From Octopus sinensis (taxonomy: Eukaryota): a stretch of 64,000 nt of DNA. Positions 53,886 through 64,000 of the stretch are shown piece after piece (positions within the stretch are counted from its first letter, which is position 1; every line of letters starts with the position of its first letter). A program made the position numbers and the translations under genes. The DNA lies in contig NC_042999.1 of the NCBI RefSeq assembly GCF_006345805.1, positions 151,776,001 through 151,840,000 on the forward strand. The letters are read 5' to 3'. The notes under the pieces were generated by a model that saw nothing but the letters and a program-made list of their open reading frames with translations, ran no database searches and was not told where the DNA came from.

Positions 53886-54643
53886 TATATATATATTTAA
53901 GTTTATTCAATTCCTTGATTTTTTTTCCATCTTTAAAAAAATCTTTTTGGTTTCTTTGAAAGGGTAGCAATGAAAATAGAACAGTAATATAATAATAGGC
54001 AAACAATACACAAGAAAAATATAATATGCTGTTCAGTTAATTTAGATTTCTAATGGCTTTTAACAAATTCTGAGGAGATGAAACAAGTTAAATGTCATCA
54101 TATTTTTTTTACATGCTCCTTATATATATATATATATATATATATAGTTATTTATTACTTTGTCATCTGTGACAATGATATGGTTCAAATAAAAAGAATA
54201 GTTGCAAATAGCTATTTTTTTTTTCAAGTAAGAAAGTAATATCTAATTATTAATGGATTCACCTAATTTTCTTTTTAAAGTTTAAATATTGTTTTCATTT
54301 TTAAGTTTGGACTTTTTCTTTGTTAATTTTAATGTTCTTGAAGAGAGGAATAAGAAATGGAATGCAGAGAGGTTAAAAGAAGAGGAATACTGGAATAAAA
54401 CTGAAATGAATGTAAGAATACAACAAACCTGTTCTTATATAATGGGCCACTAAAGTTAATGGCTTTGAAATATATGTAATTTAATCAGTGAACTATAATA
54501 ATTTAATTCTAAATCAATGTTAATATAATAGCTGTTTTCTAGCCTTGATGATATAAAAGGTTCTCTGTAATAAAATATGCTAGTAAAAGACAAATATCTC
54601 TGCATGTTTATAATATAGTGTTTAGCTCTGGTTTCATAATATT

Positions 54644-54854
54644 CTTTTCTACTCTAGGCACAATTCCTGAAATTTTAGGGGAGGGGGCCAGTCGATTAGA
54701 TCAACCCCATTACTCAACTGGTACTTAATTTATCAACCCCGAAAGGATGAAAGGCAAAGTCGACCTCGGTGGAATTTGAACTCAGAATGTAAAGACAGAC
54801 GAAATACCGCTAAGCATTTCACCCGGCATGCTAGCATTTCTGCCAGCTCACCAC
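54644..54854 (-). mobile_element. SINE family D with 16-bp TSD (1 mismatch)
   Basis: TSD ctggtttcataa(t/c)att at 54628-43 and 54855-70. Confidence 0.9.
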
Positions 54855-55714
54855 CTGGTTTCATAACATTAACAGATGTGAGATAAAATTCTCCTGTATA
54901 CAATGCTAATTTATTATAATTCACATTCCCAATAGATCTACCTTTGCAATCAGCTTAGTGAACCGATGTATGCAAAATCAAGTGTGCTCCTTTCCTTGGT
55001 CACAATGAAGCATCTGCAGCAGATATGCATTCACGAACTGCGAATAGCATAGTTCAATAACTTATATACCTAACCACCTTTATAAACTACAATAAATCCT
55101 TATCTATTGCTTGAAGGATTGCTTTGAGAATTTATCCTCTCTTTTACTCAGGAAGAACAGATTAAGTTAGCAGTCCATTGTGTTAGAGACTATTATGGAA
55201 TTATTTATTGCTACAGAGAGTGAGAAGTAGTGCCACCCACAGGCATTGAATTAAGGTATACTGAACAGTTTAATACGACAAGCCTGGATATTGCATATTA
55301 AGATGGTGGTTGGGCATGTATGCTTCCATGTGTGTAGTCAATGGATACCAGAATAAGACAACTAGATAAGGAAAAGAAGGAAAAAGCTATACAGTCAACA
55401 TGATAGAAAGAATAGCTCTCTCACGTAAGAGATGATAACTTATATCATCATCATCATTTAGCATCTGTTTTTTATGCTGGCATGGGTTGAACAGCTTGAC
55501 AGTATGTGGTAAAACCTGGGGCTGCATCAGGTTCCATAGTTTGTTATATATATATCACCATCACCATCACCATCATCATCATCTTTTAACGTCCATCTGC
55601 TTTCCATGTTGGCGTGAGTTTGATGGTTTGACTGATGATTGGCAAGCCAGGAGGTTGCACCAGGCTCCAATCTCAAATATGTATGTATGTATGCATGCAT
55701 GCATGTATATAAGG

Positions 55715-55930
55715 CAGCGAGTTGGCAGAGTCGTTAGTATGCTGGGCAAAATGCTTAGCAGTATTTCGTCTGCTGTTATGTTCTGAGTTCAAATTCTGCC
55801 AAGGTCGACTTTGCCTTTCATCTTTCGGGGTCGATTAAGTAAGTACCAGTTATGCACTGGGATCGGTGTACTCAACTTAATACCTTTTTGTCTGTCCTTG
55901 TTTGTCACCTCTATGTTTAGTCCCCTATGG
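55715..55930 (+). mobile_element. SINE family D (partial second copy at ~55965-56040)
   Basis: 'ggcagcgagttggcagagtcgttagt...gagttcaaattctgccaaggtcgactttgcctttcatc'. Confidence 0.85.
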
Positions 55931-58929
55931 GCAATAAAGAAATAAATATTTCACCTGTCCTTATGTTCTGAGTTCAAATTTTGCTAATGCTTACTTTGCC
56001 TTTCACCCTTTCGGGGTCAATAAAATAAGTACTATTTGAGCTCTAGAGCCAATTGCAATTGACTTAATTACTCCTGGGTAAGGGTATAGAAGCTGCATCC
56101 CTCTGTCAAACCATGTCGAACCAGTGTGGCAGAGTAGGCTCATTAAACCATTATGATTACTTAGTGGAAAGAACATGCTCAGACTGCCAACATGCAATGA
56201 ACTGAATATCAGCAATCCAGTCCAATATAATCCAGTCCACACACATACATACACACACAAACACAGACACAAACACAGGGTGTCACACACACAAACAGGC
56301 TAGATATGGCATGGTTGTGTGATTAAGAAGTTTACTTTCCAACCATGTGGTTCTGAGATCAGTTGCCCTATATGACATCTTTGCTAAGTGTCTTCTAGTA
56401 TAGCTTTAGGCATTCACAGTGAATTTGGTATCATATATATATATACATATAAATAATTTGAGAAAAAAATTTCCAAATCAATCAGGTGTAACCCTACAGT
56501 GTTATATGCAGCTACATATCATACTTTGGGGTCTTATTTATCATATATTTCTATATTTATCTATAAATATACAAAGTATCTGATAAAAGTCAATATTCAA
56601 TTTTTGGGGATTAATCGATATGCGGGTATCCTATTTCAGATAATACAAAAATAACTTAATGAGTATATATCTTACAGTAAACTCATGGTATCCTTTTGCA
56701 CATCCTGAAATAATACTTAAAGGCTATGACCAAAATTACCAGCAGGGTATATAATATACTTCATTAATTATATCATACTTTAGTTAATACTTATATTTAT
56801 TAAATATGAAGGAACAAGCATGGGTGCTTTTTACATGGCACCACCAAAGGTACTTTTTATGTGACACTGGCATCGGTGCTTTTTATATGCAGCATGTGGT
56901 TGTGAAACCAACTTCTTACTACACAGCCACATCTGCATGTGTGAGTATTCACTATGTAGTTTACTGTTAAAGTGTTCAGTTAGTGACTTATAATGCAAGA
57001 GTATAAATGGAGAGGACTTATTGTATCAGGGACTTCTAGGAATAGTCCTAGATTGGAGATTGTATTTGTGTGAGAACAATTTTTTTTAATGATTTATTAT
57101 ATAAGAATATTACACACAGTGATTTAATACACAAAGAAGTTCACTCAGTAACTTAATGTATAAGAATCTTCTTCATGTGGGTGTTTTATGGTGGTGGGCA
57201 TGTTCTATACAGGAGACCATTACAAGAGAATGTTCTCATTGTGGTTTAAGTCTCCAGAGAGAATTTACTGTCTGGTTAGTGTTTTATATGGGAGCATTTA
57301 CTGAATCTTTTACGAGGTGAGGCACATTAATATATATGATTTATTGCCATCAAACTACTAAATATTTTGATAGACTCTCAAAACAGAACTGTAAAACTTT
57401 ACAGCATGTCCTTGCATCTCTGATTTAAATCATTTTATTTTCATTTTACCTTTCATCATTTTAAATAGAAGTCACCAAACTGTAGACTGCAGTGAGATTT
57501 TAAAGATATTTTAATCACTAGTGTTAATAGATATCATTCTTAGGCATATACAGTTGCAGAAAATCAATACCGAACAATAACCAAAACTCAGTTATGTCCA
57601 TGCACACAGCAATTAAAGATTTAAAAGATTGGAAAATAAGCAATGAAAGAGAGAAATATTTGCTTGAAATAATACCATATGAGATATATAGATATATGGC
57701 TCATATAATTATGTAGCATTGAATAAAGAGCTGGAAGAATTTTTAGTTATATGTTTTGACAAATTTGCTTCAATTGAACAATTAATAATAGGTTTTTATA
57801 AGATATGTTTATGCCATTTTCAGAAACTAAATTTATATTTTGATGTGGTTTTGAACTGTACTAGGATCCAGAAGATTGGTTCAATTTTTGACCGCATTTA
57901 TTCCACATAATCAACAATCATTTTCCTTGCTTCTTATGTTTTATTCCATTCCGTATCATCATTAAAAAATTATTGGATGATATTGCTAATGATAGTAAAA
58001 ACTATGGTAATCATCATCATCATCATCATCATCATATAACATCTGTCTTCTATGCTAGCATGGGTTGGACGGGTTTGACAGGATCTAGTGAACTGGAAGA
58101 CTGTGTTGAAATCCATTATCTATGTTGGCATGGTCTCTATGGCTGGATGCCCTTCTTAATGTTAACCACGTTATAGAATGTACTTTTTCATGATACCAAC
58201 ACTAGGGAGGTTGCGAAATAACTGAGTGAGGTTGTAGTAGAGGGGAGGTGGCTTTATACCAGGTATGATAGAGAGATATGTACAGGTGACTTGCTTTAGA
58301 AGAGAGACATGGCTCCCTCATTATATAGGACTGAGTAAACAAAGATGATAATTATTGTGTGGGTGATATTGTTGATGATGATGAGTTATTACTATTGTTA
58401 GTAGTGGTGTAGTAGTGATGATAGTAACAGCAATAGAACACGTGTATCAATTTATAAGAATGAAAATAAAAGCTTAAGTGTTTTGATTGCTTCTGTTAAG
58501 ATATAAAACAGATGATAGACTTCCTCATTTACTGTGATGAATGAAGATCCAGACAACCAAGACAACAGGATATTGCACATTAAACCAACCAAAAGGTTGC
58601 CTGTACGTAACCAATGAGTGGTACTGCATTGTTTGTGTGACCCTATTAATTAACACTGAGCGGCTAAATCCACCTAAGCAGATATCTCTATTGTGAGCAG
58701 TGGCTGGATAACAGAACTGATGAAAGGAGTGATTTGGTATTTTACAGTGCTAAAATAAATCTTATCCAATGTGATGGAGACAGGAAATAAGCAATGACTC
58801 AGTTGACCGCAAACGTCCATGATGATAATAATTGTCAAATATATTATCAATATTTGAATATACTTTCTATCATACTGGCACTGGTTGGCTTTTTGCCATT
58901 CCTTATTATTTACTGGTATTTTGTCTGTG

Positions 58930-59090
58930 AGACTGAACATTGTAAAATCCAACCTCATTGTATCTTCTCTGCCATAAGTACCTTCCTCTATTAATGCATG
59001 GCTTGTTTTTACACAGCTGGTATTGTACCTTTGCATCATTAGTCTATTCATGTACTTCTGCCTCTCTTTCATATACCAGCTGATGCTTTA
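58930..59090 (-). mobile_element. Old RTE-like LINE 3' fragment
   Basis: Peptide SCVKTSHALIEEGTYGRE resembles the RTE 'CVKKC..L.VEG..GRGRP' region; heavily diverged. Confidence 0.45.
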
Positions 59091-59959
59091 ATGCTCCACC
59101 ACACTTCACTTGCATTCCACCTCCACCTTTCATTAAGCTAATATTGTATAATATATCATACAATTCCACTCACAGGGTCAAACTGACCAGTTTATGGTTT
59201 TTCATGTCTCTTCTATTAATTACTCTTACAAGGAAAAAAACTATATACAACCACTCAACCTGCTAGATATAGTGGCCATATCTTCTTAAAATATGCCCTA
59301 CCCCTTAATATAGTCCCTGATATGCAAAAAGATAGGATGAGCATGATTGGAATGCTTTTTGATCATAAGTTTAGAAATGATTAAAGAGAGTATTAGCCAT
59401 GGAATTTACCAGTGGGTCTCTTACAAGTTAAGGAGAATATATTGAATTACAGAAAATACAGTTCTGTTTTATATAAGTGATGGATATAGATATGTGTATG
59501 TGTGTAACAGTGAGCGGTGTAATACATATATCAATAAAAACTGTTTCCCACATTCTGTGAGTTTTGATAATACTGTAATATTTGATATGTGATATTATAT
59601 TTTTAAGTATATAATACCAGGGGGCCTGATTATGATGACTGCTTGATCATTGCTAATCTTGGGTTAAACAACAACAAATCATAGTTATCTAGAGATCTTA
59701 CTGCACCTTTTTTAAACCCATTGTATGCACCAATATTAAATTCCTATCTAATCAAATAATACTGATCATGCATTGAGCCTATCAAATATTGATCTATTAT
59801 TAATGTATATTGATGCAGAGTTGTTCTAAACTGATATTAAATTATAGTAAATCAATAATATGCTGATATGATCACTGCCAAGCATGGCCACACCTCACTG
59901 AGTGGAACCAGTTAATGAGTTGCTTTTTTTTCTTTCTTTCTTTTACTTGCTGGATTTGG

Positions 59960-60700
59960 TGGAAAAGGTAGTTACCCATGGCCTTTGCAAGCCCTCTGAG
60001 ACCAGTGAAATTGATGCTGTTAATGTTCTGCTTAAACTGTTGCAAGTTGACACTTGCTTTGTTTGAGGGTATTGGAAGGAATATCATCAGAAATGCTGGC
60101 CCTCTTACATTGAACTTTGCTTGGATGTTTGCTAGAGGGTAAACCTGGTGGAGTAGAAGGGGATAATCTTGTAAGAGGTTTCCTAAGTTTGTGCAGTGTG
60201 AATTTGGATGTAAAAGTAGGTAGCAAAAGTTGAGGCCTCCTCAACAGGATTGCTGCTCACAGAGCCAGAGAAATGGAGCAAAAAAGAATTCTGTAAGGTT
60301 GGTAGAGATCCTTCTGGGAAGGAATCAAAAGACTTGGCTGCAGTTTGGTGGGGCAGGAGCACCGAGGGTTGCACAGTACATGGAAGTATCCTTTGATAGT
60401 GATCTTGCTGGATAAATGCTGCCTAGTTTTGGGAAATGGTTGAATTTTTTCAGTATTATAGGCCTTGTTTTGTTTTTATTTTTTGTAGCTAAAGTAAACC
60501 ACTTGGAGACTTGGAGCATTGAGCTTTTGTTGTGTATGAGATGCGGAGGGATATGACTAAAAGGATAGTTTCAATCACATTTCATTTTTGCTGGGTTAGG
60601 AGAGCAGCACAAGTGCTGCCAGAGATGGTGAGCATAGAACTGGTGAAAGAGCTCTGACCAATCAGCTGAGATATCATGTCATGAAGTCTATTTCTATGCA
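59960..60700 (-). mobile_element. CR1/L2-like LINE ORF2 remnant (linker and RT N-terminus)
   Basis: DWSELFHQ.., KVQCKRASISDDIPSNTLKQSKCQLATV (K.K.A.GPD.IP..LK.C...LA pattern). Many stops. Confidence 0.6.
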
Positions 60701-60993
60701 TGTGTGATGGGATGGTGATAGGCATTGGGTAGTACATGGATGTATGTTGGGCATGATTAAGTAATGAATTCGTTACAAACAGATTTTAAACTAATCAGAG
60801 GCTGATTGACATTTAACCTAGCAAAATATTGAAATAATGATGTTGTGATCATACATAACATCTAATACTGTAATATTGATCTAATATTGTTACAATCTAA
60901 GCTTATATTATTATTTAAAATGTATCTTTTCACAAAAACAAGGGTGAATGCTTAATAAAGGTCAATGCTTAACTTTTGCTTTTCTCTCATTAA

Positions 60994-61206
60994 CCCTTTT
61001 GTGGTTATATTTCTAATTAAACATTGTCTACATGTTTCAATTAATTTTTAAAATAATCAAGAGTGGGGTTAGTAAAATAACTAACATCTTCATTATGAAG
61101 TTGGTGTATAGAACATAACTGTACAATGGTTCTAAATTCAGAATAAACTCATTAAAAGTAACAGGTTTGTTTCATGGAACCAGAGGCATAATGATGTCTA
61201 TATGGG
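60994..61206. mobile_element. TTAA-flanked piggyBac-type MITE (second family)
   Basis: TTAA-CCC... and ...GGG-TTAA ends; TIR similarity beyond CCC is weak. Confidence 0.5.
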
Positions 61207-63299
61207 TTAAATAAAAGAGAGGTAAAACGTCTTTTTTTACAGGATGTTCGTCTCCGTTAGGTAAATTTCTGATGCCTTTTTCTTGGCTACTGAATTCACA
61301 TGATAGAAGTATCACAGCTTCTTTTAAGACTAAGTATTTCTCTTTTAGAGGTGTTCATTTCCTTTCACCAACCCCTACCCCCTACTTAAAGCATTCTACT
61401 AATTCTTTTCCTCTTCCTTGGGTAGAAAACTCAATATTGTTGGAATTCACATGATTTCCTGTTGAAGGTACCGCTATGAAGATACTTCCTGGTGATTTAC
61501 TAAAAAAAATAACTAAATAGTATATGAATGTATGTATGTATGTATGTATGTATGTATGTATGTATGTATGTATGTATGTATGTATGTATATGTCTGTCTG
61601 TCTGTCTATCTATATATGTATCTATCTATCTATATGTGTGTGTGAATATATATATATCCTTAACAGAAGGGGGCAACATTTTTAGGGATGACGATATAGT
61701 GCATGAAGGTGGTGGTGCCTTACTAACACTTTGAGGCTATAGTAAATGAAGGTGAAACTAGCACCATGCTAGTACTTTGCTTGTTGACCTTGGGGGGAAT
61801 GAAAGACAAAATCAACTTTGGTTCAGGGTTGGAATAAAACACAATAAATAATATTGAAACAAGAAAAATAAAACAGAACAGATGCAATTTATTATGAGAA
61901 AGCTGAAGGGTTTCAGAGTTGATTGACTCAAGTGTGTCAAGTTATTGTTTCATAACTGGCAAATTTTCTTTGATTCAAATCATCAATTCTTATGTAGCAT
62001 TTGACACACACTTGGTTCTTTAAATAAAACCCAGTAGCCTACCTCAGGGGTCTCTTTATTATTTTCTTTGGTTTTTACCACATTCTCGTATATTATCTGT
62101 GCCATACAACTAATTTAGTAGTGCCTGATATACAGTTGTCATACAGTCTGTTGAGAAGTGATACTGTGCAGGTTTGTGCTAAAATAGCTACCAAAATGTA
62201 TTATTGCTAAGACATTCAAAGAGGAGAAAGAATTTTAACAGAATATCATTGAAATAGCTGAGGTAGAAATTCCGTACTGTGCCCACATAATATCTTAATT
62301 TCCCAAATTCAGTGATTCAAATGAGATTAACCTCTTGGGGGTTCCTATTTAATTCCCTAAATATTATTTATTCTGAGTTGGGTTTCTTTATTTTTATTTT
62401 TTTTTGATAATATATTTCCTTTTTTTTTTTTATATCTATAAGTGATAAAGAATGGTAAAATAACATCCTTTTCCTTATGTTAAAAGTATGCACACTTGAT
62501 TTTGTTTGTTAAGATAAGCTTGAAAATGTTTCATTTCACTTTCTTCAGACTTCATAGTGAATATTTTTTTTTATCAATATACATGGTCAACATTTAGGGA
62601 AATGGGTGTAGTTAGTTGATGGACTTTCTCCAAGTACGCTGCTAATTCTTATTTCACCAACAGTGGATCAATAAATACTACAGCAAAGACTTCTTTCCGA
62701 CAAGAAACTGCAGGTTATGAAACTGGTGCATCAAATAGTACTCGGAAGAAACTTGAGGGTTCTGTGGCCTGCTACTAATGGGAATAGAAAATATAAAGAG
62801 TTTGAAAACAAGGTTTGTCAAGCTCTTTATAAAATGACAGGATCTACAGTGGAGAAACTGGGAAAGTTAAGAAGCTCAATGTACCAGGAAAGGAATTGTT
62901 TTGTTGGGCACAGTGTGAGGCAACTGTTGTTATCGTTAAGCCTAACTCATCGTAAAGTAAATACCACCATGACCAATATCCAAACTACAGTGGAAAAGGC
63001 TAGCCACTGGATTCAGTTAAAAAGTGACAATGAGCAATGGCTAGAAGAATGATGAACTTTATTTGATAACCAGTGACAGGGGTGCCAGTGCACATTAATG
63101 CTGTTGAGAGGTAGGCCCCCAATACAGCATGCATTCTCTCCTGCTGATCCCATACACTTGCTAGCTTCTGGTATGCAGAGCTCTTGAGTGGCAGCACTTG
63201 CATGTGCAACTTGTTTGCAAAACATCTGAGGGAACACAAAACAGAATTTCCATTCAAATTGAAGAAATTACATACTTTAATGTATGGAATTTAGAGAGT

Positions 63300-63510
63300 T
63301 GCATGGTGATCTCACTATTGCCAGTGACACAAAAAAAGCACCTGGTACATGCTGTAATGTGGTTGGTGTGAGGAAGGGCATCCAGCCATAGAAACTATGC
63401 CAGACACTGGAGTATGACACCGGAGCAGTCCTTGGATCATTCAGATCTTGTCAAACCATTCGACCTATGCCAGCATGGAACATGCACATTAAATGATGAT
63501 GATGATAGTG
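63300..63510 (+). mobile_element. Repeat family A copy followed by a (GAT/GGT)n tail to ~63640
   Basis: 'ggttggtgtgaggaagggcatccagccatagaaac...atgccagcatggaacatgcacattaaatgatgat'. Confidence 0.8.
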
Positions 63511-63689
63511 GTGATGATGATGGTGGTGATGATGATGGTGGTGATGATGATGATGGTGATGATGATGGTGGTGGTGATGATGATTGTGATGATGCTGATG
63601 GTGGTGATGATGATGGTGGTAATGATGGTGGTGATGATAACATTAATATATTTAGTCTATTGCTTTGGTCACTCTGATCTTAATATTTT

Positions 63690-63960
63690 TTAAGTGGCCA
63701 CAACTGAGATGTGTTTTACTAAGTCATACCAGAAATCTCTGTCTTCCATTAGCTTTGGTAGGTCCTCAACTTCTCTGCAAATAACATCAATGTGCAGTCT
63801 TTGTCCTATACTAGTCTGTGCAAGTTTCCAACATATGACATCTGATATAACCTGAGATTCAGCATGATATATTAATTGGCTAGCAAACTCTGCCCTGTAT
63901 TGATCTACAATAATAAAGATGGATGGAATATGTCTATAATCTCTTTGGTCTTGTGTCATG
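63690..63960 (-). mobile_element. RTE-X-like LINE 3' end remnant
   Basis: RAEFASQLIYHAESQVISDVICWKL...DVICREVEDLPKLMEDRDFWYDLV resembles the RTE C-terminal 'LAGH..R....V.W.P...D....M.DR..W' pattern. Confidence 0.6.
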
Positions 63961-64000
63961 CTCATGCTATGAGATATTTTGAGCCCTCAATAAGTAATGT

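Noticed and set aside
58595-58660. Cluster of short TF-like motifs (tacgtaa, CCAAT, cattgtt, ttaattaa)
   Set aside because: Short motifs are expected by chance; there is no independent evidence of a promoter.

Overview
AT-rich, repeat-saturated eukaryotic genomic DNA. The repeat landscape (tRNA-derived CORE-type SINEs, a (GAT)n-tailed repeat, extreme TA/CA/ATCT/CAT microsatellite density) looks like a coleoid cephalopod, most likely Octopus. This is inferred from pattern recognition, not from a search. Almost all ORFs in the supplied track are microsatellite or repeat artefacts, and no intact protein-coding gene is recognisable with confidence. Identifiable content: decayed mariner and Tc1 transposases; RTE, RTE-X and CR1/L2-like LINE remnants; a Penelope-like GIY-YIG endonuclease remnant; five SINE-like families; several MITEs (piggyBac-, hAT- and pogo-type, and one carrying telomeric repeats). 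The most interesting signal is a set of minimal type-I hammerhead ribozyme (HHR) motifs typical of Penelope-like element terminal repeats (4024-4084, 7945-8026, 38856-38902, 45593-45643). Two HHR loci sit at the centre of fold-back palindromes, including a nearly perfect 522-bp palindrome (255-bp arms, 1 mismatch) whose apex is a hammerhead stem II. A weak plus-strand spliced ORF candidate with a signal-peptide-like N-terminus is also noted. All alignments and coordinates were read by eye, and element boundaries are approximate unless TSDs or TIRs are given.
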